Below are positions 7,962 through 17,370 of a stretch of 32,339 nt of DNA, piece after piece. A program made the position numbers and the translations under genes. Source of the stretch: Thermomicrobiales bacterium (GTDB taxonomy: Bacteria > Chloroflexota > Chloroflexia > Thermomicrobiales > UBA6265); the NCBI GenBank assembly GCA_041745115.1, contig JBGTJM010000016.1:1-32339 (forward strand), given 5' to 3'. The notes beneath the pieces are model-generated. The model was not told the DNA's origin and did no database searches. It was given only the letters and a program-made list of their open reading frames with translations. How positions within the stretch are numbered: position 1 is the stretch's first letter; each line of letters opens with the position of its first letter.

Positions 7962-8847
7962 TGTCCTTTCCGAACACAACGCACGCTGTTTCATCGCATC
8001 CTTTGATCCGGGCAGCCTGCCCGATGCGGACATCGCCTCTCGCACTGATCATCAGGTAGGCATCGGTCCGATCGAGTTTCAGCTCTCGCTGCAGAATCGT
8101 GATCATTTGCTCCACAGCGTCGTGCACGGCATCATCCAGCGACGCTCCCTGTCCAGTCGAGATCCATGCCTCATCCGAGTCGATCCATGGCCGCGATGGT
8201 GCCGCCCCCTTGATCAGATCGATCTTGACCATGACCTCGCCGCTGATTTCGACACCGGTACCGCTGACCTCACCATCTCCCATCGTAGCGTGCAAATCGC
8301 CAATTCCCAGTAATCCGCCGGCAACGTGCACTGGTAAATGGACCGTGGCCCCAGCCTTTGCAGCAGTGAAATCCATGTTGCTGCCCTGATGACCGGGGTG
8401 CGCTGTATAGATCGTGCCTTCTGCCGGAGCGGTGCCCAGCACCCCCACCATCGGCCGTGCTTTGCACCGAAGCTTGTCACCGAAGATCAGATTGTCACCG
8501 GCAACCTGAACCATCATGGCAGGGAGTTCTCGCAGGCCATCCTGGATCACGCCATTCCCGGACAAAGCTCGCACAAATCCGTAGGGGCCCAGCTGGATCG
8601 AGAGTATCTTGACTGCGAGTGCGTCTCCCGGTTCTGCTCCTTCGACAAAGATCGGACCCGCAGCGGGGTTCACCTTGAGCGGATCGCGAACCCGGATGAA
8701 CTCCTCGAAGTCCTCCAGTTTATGGATGCGGCCCGTCGAGGTGTCGTGCGTTTCAACGGTAATGAAATCGCCTGGGGCAATGGTCGCCACTGGCGGGGTC
8801 GCAGCATCGAACCCATACAAAAGCTTGTCGCGCGGAATGCGTGTCAT
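7948..8847 (-). CDS. Acetamidase/formamidase family (FmdA_AmdA) amidohydrolase
   Basis: MTRIPRDKLLYGFDAATPPVATIAPGDFITVETHDTSTGRI..., GPIFVEGAEPGD and GNMDFTAAKAGATVHLPV are typical of the family. ATG 8847 has SD GGGAG about 10 nt upstream. The listed ORF extension to 9126 overlaps the upstream SDR gene and is rejected. Confidence 0.8.
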   Translation of the reverse strand: MTRIPRDKLLYGFDAATPPVATIAPGDFITVETHDTSTGRIHKLEDFEEFIRVRDPLKVNPAAGPIFVEGAEPGDALAVKILSIQLGPYGFVRALSGNGVIQDGLRELPAMMVQVAGDNLIFGDKLRCKARPMVGVLGTAPAEGTIYTAHPGHQGSNMDFTAAKAGATVHLPVHVAGGLLGIGDLHATMGDGEVSGTGVEISGEVMVKIDLIKGAAPSRPWIDSDEAWISTGQGASLDDAVHDAVEQMITILQRELKLDRTDAYLMISARGDVRIGQAARIKGCDETACVVFGKDITRL

Positions 8848-8920
8848 CTGATTTGAGACTCCCGGTTTCATAGAGGGCCAGTAGCGTTCAACGGTATCCT
8901 GCCAGATTTGCGAGAAGTGG

Positions 8921-9703
8921 TCACTCTTCGGAGTCGCGTGATCCCCAGAACAAACCCATCCTTGCAGTCGTTCCTCCATCGACAAAAAGCGTATCGCCGG
9001 TGATCCAGCTAGCGTCGTTCGACGCCAGGAACGCGGTTGCTTTTGCAATGTCTTCGGGTGTGCCAACGCGCCCGAGCGGCACCATCGAGTCCCCACGCTC
9101 ACGGGTGTACCCCGGGAGGTCGGCATACCGAGGAACTTCTACTACACCGGGGCCAATCGCATTGACCCGAATCCTCCGTGGGGCCAGCTCGATTGCCAGC
9201 GAGCGGGTGAACATCACGACGGCCCCCTTGGTACCTGCGTATGCAGCGTGATTGGGGAAGCCACCGGCACCGTGGACCGAGGTGATATTGACGATGCTGC
9301 CGGTGCCTTCCGGCAAGTACCGCAATGCCCGCTGGGCGCAAAAGAAGTACCCCTTGATGTTGAGATCGAACATTTCGTCGTAGAGCTCTTCTGTCGTTTC
9401 CTCGAACGGCTGGGAACGCGTCACTCCGGCGTTGTTGACCAGAATGTCCAATCCGCCCAATCGCTCTGAGGCTTCATCGACCAGAGTCGTACAGCCATCG
9501 ACGTTCCGCAGATCTGACTGGATTGCATATGCCCTCCCGCCGCTGCTGCTGATGTCGCCAACCAGATGTTCAGCGCCGTCCTTGCTTCCGCCATAGTGAA
9601 CCGCGACCGCCGCCCCACAACGCGCAAGCTCTCGGGCAATGCCCTGCCCGATCCCTACTCCCGCCCCGGTTACCAAAGCCTTTCGACCTGTCAGATCAGG
9701 CAT
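8921..9703 (-). CDS. Classical SDR-family oxidoreductase (FabG / glucose-1-dehydrogenase-like)
   Basis: Motifs TGAGVGIGQG, NNAG and S...YAGTK (Ser-Tyr-Lys triad) are present, with PG downstream. Confidence 0.85.
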   Translation of the reverse strand: MPDLTGRKALVTGAGVGIGQGIARELARCGAAVAVHYGGSKDGAEHLVGDISSSGGRAYAIQSDLRNVDGCTTLVDEASERLGGLDILVNNAGVTRSQPFEETTEELYDEMFDLNIKGYFFCAQRALRYLPEGTGSIVNITSVHGAGGFPNHAAYAGTKGAVVMFTRSLAIELAPRRIRVNAIGPGVVEVPRYADLPGYTRERGDSMVPLGRVGTPEDIAKATAFLASNDASWITGDTLFVDGGTTARMGLFWGSRDSEE

Positions 9704-9762
9704 CTTTTCCTTCTTCCGCTACGATAGAGCACCGCATTTGCTGGTCCGAGTCCTGACCAGCG

Positions 9763-10191
9763 ATGATTGCACCATTGTCCCAGCATTGGAGGACGATCGA
9801 CGCAATGACACCGCAAGTACCTGACGCAAGCGCTATCGCTGACACGTTGCGTGAAGCGATGCTTGGCCAATTTGATGCTGAGGATTTCGACATCGAGATT
9901 GACCAGAATGAAACTTCGGTCACGCTTTCGACGGATGACTGGACGCTCTTTCTGGATAGATCGGAGCAGTTAACGGCCTGGATCGCTCTTGACGACGAAC
10001 CGGACTACCACCTCGATGTTAGAACTGTTCTTGACCAATCGCTTGGTGCCTCGAGCACAAATGCGATATCAGATGCGAATGAGCGGTTGGAACGGCTGAT
10101 CTCCGATGCGCTGATTCAAAGCAATGACCGGTTCAGCAGGATTGTGGCCGACTTTCTCACGGATGGTGCCGAACGACCCACGGAGCGATAG
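9763..10191 (+). CDS. Hypothetical small acidic protein
   Basis: The ORF has coding-like composition but no recognisable motif. ATG 9805, preceded by GGAGGA, is an alternative and perhaps better start. Confidence 0.45.
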   Translation: MIAPLSQHWRTIDAMTPQVPDASAIADTLREAMLGQFDAEDFDIEIDQNETSVTLSTDDWTLFLDRSEQLTAWIALDDEPDYHLDVRTVLDQSLGASSTNAISDANERLERLISDALIQSNDRFSRIVADFLTDGAERPTER

Positions 10192-10236
10192 ATAGAATCT
10201 GGTTGGTCAGACTGATCACCAGGAGGAGTTGCATCC

Positions 10237-10986
10237 ATGCGCCTTGAGTCCGAACCAGTCAGACAGCGAGTGGTCAATCTCGATCCGGTGGTTCCTTTGC
10301 CACCGGCACTCCTGCCTTGCCGTACCCCAATTGAGGGGCGGTGGGCCACCGTCGAGCCCCTCGATGCGAGGAAGCACGGATCAGACCTCTACGACGCCTC
10401 GCATGATCGCCCTGAGGCCGAGCAGATCTGGGCTTATCTTCCCTATGGCCCATTTCCTTCGCTCGATTCCTATGTGGGATGGCTCAGATCATGCTCCGCG
10501 GCCCCTGACCCGCTGTTCTTTGCGATTCGAGATCACGCATCTGGCATGGCAAGTGGTCTGGCCAGCCTGATGTCCATCGAACCACTTCATGGGTCGATAG
10601 AGATCGGTCATATCATGTTTGGGCTACCACTCCAGAATACCGTCGCGGGTACTGAAGGTTTGTATCTTCTGATGAAACACGCCATGGATGACCTTGGAAA
10701 CCGCCGGCTGGAATGGAAATGCGACGCCGGGAATGAGCCGTCCAGACGCGCCGCTCGACGCCTGGGTTTTGCATTCGAAGGCGTCTTCTCTCAGCACCGG
10801 ATTGTCAAAGACCGCAACCGTGACACAGCCTGGTATTCGATCATCGACAGCGAGTGGACCACGATACAGGCAAGCTTCGAGCAATGGCTCGACCAGGAAA
10901 ACTTCGACGCCAATGGCAAACAGAAGAGCTCGTTGAGCTCCATGACCCAAGCGGATCGAGACCGCCGGAGTCAGTCAACCAGTTGA
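10237..10986 (+). CDS. GNAT-family N-acetyltransferase (RimJ/RimL-like, Acetyltransf_3 type)
   Basis: SD AGGAGGAG lies upstream of ATG 10237. Diagnostic segments: GSIEIGHIMFGLPLQNTVAGTEGLYLLMKHAMDDLGNRRLEWKCDAGNEPSRRAARRLGFAFEGVF. Confidence 0.8.
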   Translation: MRLESEPVRQRVVNLDPVVPLPPALLPCRTPIEGRWATVEPLDARKHGSDLYDASHDRPEAEQIWAYLPYGPFPSLDSYVGWLRSCSAAPDPLFFAIRDHASGMASGLASLMSIEPLHGSIEIGHIMFGLPLQNTVAGTEGLYLLMKHAMDDLGNRRLEWKCDAGNEPSRRAARRLGFAFEGVFSQHRIVKDRNRDTAWYSIIDSEWTTIQASFEQWLDQENFDANGKQKSSLSSMTQADRDRRSQSTS

Positions 10987-11047
10987 GGTCGGAACTGTTC
11001 GCAGACCCTCAAATTCCATCTGCAGCTATTTGCCACTGGTGCTGCAT

Positions 11048-11983
11048 TTACCGGCCGAGATACTCCAGCGATCTGGCTGACCACTCGAGGCCCTTCATCG
11101 TATTGGGATCGAGCATGATCTGTATTTCTGACACTCCCGCCTCGGCGTACGTCAGCATGAACTCGGCCAGTTCCTCGGGGGTCCGTGCCTTCAATCCCGG
11201 CTTGTCCTCGCTCGGTCTTCCTGTCGCATCCGGAGTGTCGACCAGCAGAGTGACGGATCGCTCGACGGTCGCGGGATCGCGCCCTGCCAGCTCCATCGCG
11301 GTGTCGACCTTCTGCCGGTGATCTTCGAGCTCGGCGAGCGATTGCACGGCCCACGCGTTCCAGCTGTCGCCGAAGCGTGCGAGCGTTTGCAGCATTCGAG
11401 GAGCGCTCGATCCGATCATGATTGGAAGGCCATCTGGTCGAGGACCCCTGGGCCGCAATTCGCAGTCTCGCGCAGCGTAAAAGCGGCCCGCGAAATCAAC
11501 ATGGCCCTTGTGCAGAAGTCCGTGAATGATCTCCACAGCTTCCTCAAAACGACTGACGCGGTAGTCATACGGAAATCCAAATGCGGAGTAGTCTGACTCA
11601 AGCCAACCTGCTCCGAGACCCAGAGTCAGACGCCCGCCGCTAATCTCATCCACGGTTTCGGCCATTTTTGCGAGCAGAGCAGGGTTGCGGTAGCCCGTGC
11701 AACACACGACTGGACCGATGTCGACTCTCTCCGTGATCGCCGCCAGCGCAGCGAGGTTCGACCAGCACTCCCACGGGCCCTGAGACGGTTTCCCTTCAAA
11801 TCGATACAGGAGGTGGTCGAACACCCACACCGAATCGAATCCGGCGCGTTCAGCAGCAACCGCCATCTCGGAAATGTCAGACCATCGCGGTGTATCGCCT
11901 CCCATTTCCCACTCAGTGTCGGGCAAGATCACACCGACTCGAAGCTGTTTCCGATGTTCTGGCTCAGGCGTTCCCTCGCGCAT
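11048..11983 (-). CDS. Luciferase-like monooxygenase (LLM) class flavin/F420-dependent oxidoreductase
   Basis: The TIM-barrel LLM pattern is present: LRVGVILP...AERAGFDSVWVFDHL...GGRLTLGLGAGW. The cofactor (FMN or F420) cannot be decided by eye. Confidence 0.8.
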   Translation of the reverse strand: MREGTPEPEHRKQLRVGVILPDTEWEMGGDTPRWSDISEMAVAAERAGFDSVWVFDHLLYRFEGKPSQGPWECWSNLAALAAITERVDIGPVVCCTGYRNPALLAKMAETVDEISGGRLTLGLGAGWLESDYSAFGFPYDYRVSRFEEAVEIIHGLLHKGHVDFAGRFYAARDCELRPRGPRPDGLPIMIGSSAPRMLQTLARFGDSWNAWAVQSLAELEDHRQKVDTAMELAGRDPATVERSVTLLVDTPDATGRPSEDKPGLKARTPEELAEFMLTYAEAGVSEIQIMLDPNTMKGLEWSARSLEYLGR

Positions 11984-12099
11984 TCAATAAGCCTCCGCGC
12001 TATTCCAACTGACCAGCAGCAAATGATGCACGATGGCCGAGTGTCGTGTCGTTGGACGCGTTCCGGTCCAGAGTGAGAGCCGGTTTGCTCGATTCACGG

Positions 12100-12108
12100 T
12101 GTTACAAT
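12100..12108 (+). promoter_or_regulatory. Candidate extended -10 element (TGTTACAAT) for the sugar-uptake operon
   Basis: A TGnTACAAT motif lies 86 nt upstream of ATG 12194 in the divergent intergenic region. I could not find a good -35. A 5-6-5 inverted repeat TTCTGaatcgaCAGAA lies downstream of it. Confidence 0.3.
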
Positions 12109-12193
12109 GCTGTTATACGCAAGAAGTGTGCACAACGCCCTTCTGAATCGACAGAATCGGTATGTGCAACACAAACCAAAAAGGAGTTCGTGC

Positions 12194-13627
12194 ATGATGA
12201 GTGACAGAGTCGTCACGCAGCTTGTCGACGAGGCGACCCGGCGACATTACAGTCGGCGTCAGATCATTCAGCGCGGCGTAGCGCTTGGACTGGCTGCACC
12301 CGCAATTGCTACGGCAGTGTCTGCCGTTCGCCCAATGCCGACATTTGCGCAGGACGCATCCAATCCACTCGGAGTGGATCCTGCAGCGCCGCTCGATGTG
12401 GTGATATTCAAGGGTGGCTTCGGTGACAACTATGCGTTGAACGTCAACGAGATGTACAACCAGCTGTATCCCGATGCAGAGATTACGTACATCGGCACGC
12501 AGCGGCTCGGGCCTCAGTTCCAGCCGCGATTCGTCGCAGGCAACCCTCCCGACGTGATGGATAACTCCGGCGCCGAAAACCTGCCGATCGCCACGCTCGT
12601 CGCTGAAGGCCAGCTTGCTGATCTTGCAGACCTGATGACAGCGCCAGCTTATGACACCGAAGGCGCGACATTTGTCGATACGCTCGTGGCAGGATCCCAG
12701 GGGAATGGCGTCTACGATGGCACTCAGAATGTGCTGCTGTATGCGCTTACGGTCTACGGCATCTGGTACAACCAGGCATGGATGGAGGAACAGGGCTACA
12801 CCTATCCAACCTCCTGGACCGAGATGCTGAATCTCTGTGAGGAGATCAAAGCCCAGGGAATTGCTCCATGGACCTATCAGGGGCAATATCCACAGTACAT
12901 GCGGTTGCTGTTCGATCAGATGGTGCCGAAGCACGGCGGTATCGAAGCGCTCGTTGCGCTCGACAACCTCGAAGACGGTGCCTGGTTGTCTGAGCCGGTG
13001 TTTGAGGCTGCTTCGGCTCTTCAGGCGCTCTACGAAAACGGTTACATCATGGAAGGCACTGAGGCTCTGTCGCACACTGAGTCCCAGGCAGCCTGGTTGC
13101 AGGGCGACGCAATTTTCCTTCCGTGCGGAACATGGCTCGAGAATGAAATGACCGATCTGATTCCGGAAGGATTCACGATGCTGGTCAACCCATCTCCGTC
13201 GCTGGAAGGCGACACGATTCCGTTCGAGGGTATCGGGGCATGGGCCGGCGAAAACTTCCACGTCTCCGAGCAAGGCGCAAACGTCCAGGGTGGAAAAGAG
13301 TGGTTGCGTCTGCTCTTCTCCCAGGAGGGCGCCCGTTTCTTCTCGGAGGACACTAAAGCCCTGACCGTTGTCAATGGCGCTGCCGAGGGACTCGATCTTG
13401 GTGCGTCGTTCCAGTCAGCCCAGGATGCAATCGCCAACGCTGGAGACAACACCTTTGCTTCCCGGTACGCTGACTGGTACCCAGAACTGAGCACCGACTC
13501 GAGAGATCAGTTTGGACTGCTCATGACTGGCCAGATAACCGTCGAGGAGTTCCAGCAGAACGTCCAGGATTCGGCCGATGCTGTAAAGGCGGACGATTCG
13601 ATTCCGAAGTACACACGGGAGATCTAG
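12194..13627 (+). CDS. Carbohydrate ABC transporter substrate-binding protein, NgcE-like (GlcNAc/chitobiose type), Tat signal
   Basis: SD AAGGAG lies 7 nt upstream of ATG 12194. The twin-arginine signal is SRRQIIQRGVALGLAAPAIATAV. Mature-protein segments FKGGFGDNYA...FVAGNPPDVMDNSGAENL...LVAEGQLADLADLM resemble the NgcE family as I remember it. Confidence 0.8.
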   Translation: MMSDRVVTQLVDEATRRHYSRRQIIQRGVALGLAAPAIATAVSAVRPMPTFAQDASNPLGVDPAAPLDVVIFKGGFGDNYALNVNEMYNQLYPDAEITYIGTQRLGPQFQPRFVAGNPPDVMDNSGAENLPIATLVAEGQLADLADLMTAPAYDTEGATFVDTLVAGSQGNGVYDGTQNVLLYALTVYGIWYNQAWMEEQGYTYPTSWTEMLNLCEEIKAQGIAPWTYQGQYPQYMRLLFDQMVPKHGGIEALVALDNLEDGAWLSEPVFEAASALQALYENGYIMEGTEALSHTESQAAWLQGDAIFLPCGTWLENEMTDLIPEGFTMLVNPSPSLEGDTIPFEGIGAWAGENFHVSEQGANVQGGKEWLRLLFSQEGARFFSEDTKALTVVNGAAEGLDLGASFQSAQDAIANAGDNTFASRYADWYPELSTDSRDQFGLLMTGQITVEEFQQNVQDSADAVKADDSIPKYTREI

Positions 13628-13670
13628 GCGTTTCTCGATTCTGCCTTTTCAGGCAGGATCAACGCTGGAT

Positions 13671-13698
13671 TCGGGACGCCGACTTGTCGGCGTCCCGA
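13671..13698 (+). promoter_or_regulatory. Intercistronic GC-rich stem-loop after the binding-protein gene
   Basis: TCGGGACGCCGA-cttg-TCGGCGTCCCGA is a perfect 12-bp stem. No U-tract follows it. A weaker hairpin CTGCC-ttttca-GGCAG lies at 13641-13656. Confidence 0.7.
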
Positions 13699-13755
13699 TT
13701 CGTACCACCGCTGCGATGCTGTTGGACTCGTCAGGAAACGTGAACGGAACCGCGT

Positions 13756-14643
13756 ATGAATCACGGAAAGTACCGACTGATCATTCCGTTCCTGGCACCT
13801 GCCCTCATCCTCTACACCGTGTTCGTTCTCTACCCATATGCCAGTGCCGTAAGAAACTCTTTCTATTTGTGGCGTGGTGTTAGCGCAAATAAGACCTTCA
13901 TTGGTTTAGACAACTATCGAAAACTCTGGGACGACGACAATTTCCGCACCGCTCTGACCCACAACGGGCAGATGCTGATCGTGCTGCCACTCTTTACGAT
14001 CAGCATTGCGATGTTGTTTGCCACGCTCTTCGTACAGGGCGGCAAGGGGGTGCGAGGCGCGGGGTTCTACCGGGTCGTGTACTTCTTCCCGCAAGTGATG
14101 TCTGTCGTTATCGTCGGCGTTCTCTGGCAATACATCTACAACCCCAACAGCGGCATTCTGAATGAAGCACTGCGAGCGGTTGGGCTTGGCAGTCTTGCCA
14201 GATCCTGGCTGGGCGATGCGAGCTACGCGCTGTGGGCTGTTGCAGCGGTTGTCATCTGGCAGTCGGTTGGTTTTTACATGGTGCTCTTCGTCGCCGGAAT
14301 GCAATCGATTCCGTTTGATTTCTACGAAGCGGCTCGGCTCGACGGCGCCAGCAGGTTCGCGCAATACAAGGACATCACAGTCCCGCTGATGTGGGAGAAC
14401 ATCCGAGTCGCCGTGATCTATATCGCCATCGCTGCTCTCGACCTGTTCACCATCGTCCAGGTCATGACGGAAGGCAAGCCAAACAGATCGTCAGACGTGG
14501 TTGCCAGATTCATGTACGAGCAGGCCTTCACCAATAGCCAGTTCGGCTACGCATCTGCGATTGGGGTGGTGCTCCTCATTCTGACGTTCATACTGGCCAT
14601 GATCATGCTCGTCCTTTCTCGCCGCGACCGGCTCGAGTTTTAG
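13756..14643 (+). CDS. Carbohydrate ABC transporter permease (MalF/UgpA-like, CUT1)
   Basis: The protein is a six-TM permease with an EAA-type loop (YEAARLDGASRFAQYKDITVPL). Confidence 0.85.
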   Translation: MNHGKYRLIIPFLAPALILYTVFVLYPYASAVRNSFYLWRGVSANKTFIGLDNYRKLWDDDNFRTALTHNGQMLIVLPLFTISIAMLFATLFVQGGKGVRGAGFYRVVYFFPQVMSVVIVGVLWQYIYNPNSGILNEALRAVGLGSLARSWLGDASYALWAVAAVVIWQSVGFYMVLFVAGMQSIPFDFYEAARLDGASRFAQYKDITVPLMWENIRVAVIYIAIAALDLFTIVQVMTEGKPNRSSDVVARFMYEQAFTNSQFGYASAIGVVLLILTFILAMIMLVLSRRDRLEF

Positions 14644-14653
14644 GAGACTGTCG

Positions 14654-15574
14654 ATGAGCGCACCGCCTGTATTCACACCAGGACCAGATGCTCCGACGCC
14701 CGGCAACCCTGAAACGTTCACGGAAAAGCGTCGGAATCTTCTCTCGGGCGAGAGCATCTTTGGCGGCGTTTCTCAGGTTGTTCTGGTCATTTGGGCGCTG
14801 ATGGTGATCTTGCCATTTGCCTGGATGGTCATGACCTCGTTCAAGACGGACCCAGAGATCATCTTTAGTCCGTGGAGCTTTCCCGACTCACTGCAATGGA
14901 ATAACTTCCAGAGAGCGTGGGACGAAGCGCGAATTGGCACGTATTTCAAGAACACGATCATCGTTGTCAGTTTCTCGGTGTTTTTCACGCTGCTGGTTTC
15001 TTCAATGACCGCCTACGTTCTGGCGCGTTTTGAGTTTCCCGGTTCCCGCTGGCTGTTCTACCTGTTTATGGCCGGCCTGATGTTTCCAGTGTTTCTGGCT
15101 CTGGTGCCGCTATTCTTCGTCGTCAAAGATCTCGGAATGCTGGGGACGTATCGCGGACTGATCCTCGTCTACGTCGCATATTCTCTGCCGTTCTCCGTGT
15201 TCTTCCTGACGGGATTCTTCAAGACCCTGCCCAGCGAGCTTGCTGAGGCTGCGATCGTCGATGGCGCTTCTCACTACCGGGTGTTTTTCGGCATCATGCT
15301 GCCGCTTGCCAAGCCTGGGCTGCTTGCGATCGGAATCTTCAATGTGCTTGGGCAGTGGAATCAGTTCATTCTGCCCCTCGTACTTAATCCCGACCCCAAT
15401 AACTACCTGCTCACTCAGGGGCTTGCGTTTCTGGCAATCCAGCAGGGATACCAGAATGACTACAGCGCGCTCTTCGCCGCCCTGACTATCACGATGATTC
15501 CGATCCTCACCGTCTACATCATCTTCCAGCGCAGGTTGGAGGCGGGTCTCACTGCTGGCGCCCTGAAGGGATGA
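14654..15574 (+). CDS. Carbohydrate ABC transporter permease (MalG/UgpE-like, CUT1)
   Basis: SD AGGAG lies upstream of ATG 14654. The EAA loop is ELAEAAIVDGASHYRVFFGIMLPL. Confidence 0.85.
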   Translation: MSAPPVFTPGPDAPTPGNPETFTEKRRNLLSGESIFGGVSQVVLVIWALMVILPFAWMVMTSFKTDPEIIFSPWSFPDSLQWNNFQRAWDEARIGTYFKNTIIVVSFSVFFTLLVSSMTAYVLARFEFPGSRWLFYLFMAGLMFPVFLALVPLFFVVKDLGMLGTYRGLILVYVAYSLPFSVFFLTGFFKTLPSELAEAAIVDGASHYRVFFGIMLPLAKPGLLAIGIFNVLGQWNQFILPLVLNPDPNNYLLTQGLAFLAIQQGYQNDYSALFAALTITMIPILTVYIIFQRRLEAGLTAGALKG

Positions 15575-16368
15575 GCGACGCGTCGAATGGGACTGCGGAT
15601 CCATCCAACGTTCCATGGTCTGGCAAGAGGGCTCTGGTCACCGGCAGCACGCGTGGGCTTGGTCGAACCATTGCCGAACACCTCGCTCAGCGAGGGGTTA
15701 CCCTCGTGCTCAGCGGTCGCACTGAGCAGGAAGTACACAAATCCGTTTCCGAACTGTCGTCCTTTGGTGTGCAAATCACTGGCATTCCAGCAGATTTGAG
15801 CAACACCTCTGAGGCCCACCGGCTTGCGGAGGCCGCGATAGACGCAGTTGGCAAACTCGACATTCTCGTCAACAATGCCGGAATGAGCATTCGATCCGAC
15901 TTCTGGAGTGTTTCTGACAAGGATTGGGATCATCAGGTTAACGTTAATTTTCGATCACCATTCATCTTGGCGCAGTATGCAGCCAGAAACATGATCGATT
16001 TGCAAACAAGAGGCCGCATTGTCAATGTCGGCACAATTGGTGCTCGGCGGTGCCATTCGAATGCCTGCGTCTACGACATGGCCAAGGGGGGAGTCGAAGT
16101 GATGACCCGCAACATGGCGTATGAACTTGGTCCTCATGGCATAGCAGTCAATTGCGTGGTTCCAGGAGCAATTCCGATACGCCCTGGATCTTCATTTGAT
16201 GCCAACTCCAACCAGCGATATCTCCGGCATGTTCCGATCGGTCGTTTTGGGACAGCGGACGATATCGCAGCGGCGGTCATGTATTTCTGCGATCCTTCCA
16301 CGGAATTCACCACAGGGCAGTCACTCCTCGTCGATGGTGGACACGCGACCTGGTTACCAGTCTTCTAG
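15571..16368 (+). CDS. SDR-family oxidoreductase (operon-encoded)
   Basis: The start overlaps the permease stop as ATGA. Motifs TGSTRGLG, NNAG and YDMAK (YxxxK) are present. The residue 13 positions before the Tyr is Thr (NVGT), not the usual Ser. Confidence 0.85.
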   Translation: MSDASNGTADPSNVPWSGKRALVTGSTRGLGRTIAEHLAQRGVTLVLSGRTEQEVHKSVSELSSFGVQITGIPADLSNTSEAHRLAEAAIDAVGKLDILVNNAGMSIRSDFWSVSDKDWDHQVNVNFRSPFILAQYAARNMIDLQTRGRIVNVGTIGARRCHSNACVYDMAKGGVEVMTRNMAYELGPHGIAVNCVVPGAIPIRPGSSFDANSNQRYLRHVPIGRFGTADDIAAAVMYFCDPSTEFTTGQSLLVDGGHATWLPVF

Positions 16369-16377
16369 ATCGAGTTT

Positions 16378-17370
16378 GTGATTTTGCAGCGGAGGGAGAA
16401 CACCATCGTTACCGCGACAATCCGAGGAAGAGCAGCGGACCATATCTCCAGTGTGGAAAAGCCACATGATTTTGACGAATTCTGGAGGGATTTGCTGAAA
16501 CGAGCGAGCGAAACGCCCCTCGACCCCACGATCGAACCAGTAACACTTCGCTCGAATGATCATGTCGAAACCTACGAAATCCATTACAACAGTATCGATG
16601 GCGTGAGGATCGCCGGTTGGTACTGTCGCCCGACCGAGCAACATATCGCTCCACCGTACCCAGCGTTGCTGCTCGTCCCTGGCTATATCTCTGAACCGAC
16701 GCTCCCGAAAAGCTGGGCAAAGCTCGGTTACGCGGCCGTGGGGGTTGCTCCGCGGGGCAAGCTGCGATCCAACGGTCAGTTCAACCCTGGTTATCCCGGC
16801 TTACTCACCCATAACATCGTGGACCGGGAGACCTACAGCTATCGGGGGTTCTACATTGATGCGTGTCGTGCCGTCGATTTTGTGCAGTCCCGGCCCGAGG
16901 TTGATCAGACGCGCATCGGGGTGCACGGAAGCAGCCAGGGCGGCGCACTAACCATCACCACTGCAGCGCTTCGCAACGATGCCATCACCTGCGGAGCGGC
17001 AGGAGCCCCATACCTTGTCGGCTTCATGGACGCTGCGTCCCTGACGCACTCGAATCCGTATGAGGAGATGAATAATTACTTGCGACTCTATCCTGAACGC
17101 GAGCAGGCGATGCGGGAGACCGTCGCCTATTTCGATGGCGTCAACTTTGCACCGATGATCAAGGCGCCAATGCTCGTCTACGCGGGCCTTGGTGACGATG
17201 TCTGTCCACCAGAGACCGCATTCGATCTGGTGAATGCAATGCCAGGACCGGTCGAGTTTCTCACCTATCCCCGATGTGCTCACGACGCCGGAAACTACTG
17301 GTGCATGCCAAGGGTCGAAGCCTTTCTCGCAGACCACCTGAAACCCGCCACCCGTGAGGTTTCGAGATGA
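16378..17370 (+). CDS. CE7-family acetyl esterase (acetylxylan esterase / cephalosporin-C deacetylase, AXE1)
   Basis: DFDEFW lies near the N-terminus. The nucleophile elbow is GVHGSSQGG, with Ser186 encoded by agc at 16933-16935. GLGDDVCPP supplies the acid and CAHDAG the His. The exact start is uncertain (GTG 16378, or in-frame ATC 16405 preceded by GGAGGGAG). Confidence 0.85.
   Translation: MILQRRENTIVTATIRGRAADHISSVEKPHDFDEFWRDLLKRASETPLDPTIEPVTLRSNDHVETYEIHYNSIDGVRIAGWYCRPTEQHIAPPYPALLLVPGYISEPTLPKSWAKLGYAAVGVAPRGKLRSNGQFNPGYPGLLTHNIVDRETYSYRGFYIDACRAVDFVQSRPEVDQTRIGVHGSSQGGALTITTAALRNDAITCGAAGAPYLVGFMDAASLTHSNPYEEMNNYLRLYPEREQAMRETVAYFDGVNFAPMIKAPMLVYAGLGDDVCPPETAFDLVNAMPGPVEFLTYPRCAHDAGNYWCMPRVEAFLADHLKPATREVSR

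Noticed and set aside
12113-13273. 386-aa minus-strand ORF
   Set aside because: It is antisense to the sugar-binding-protein gene. It has no SD or recognisable domain and is Arg/His/Cys-rich. It is a shadow ORF.
16378-16407. Third possible ATC start (16405, preceded by GGAGGGAG) for the first CE7 esterase
   Set aside because: In-frame GTG 16378 and TTG 16384 exist only 9-15 nt after the upstream stop and could be used by re-initiation. No conserved N-terminal motif forces either choice, so the call stays ambiguous.
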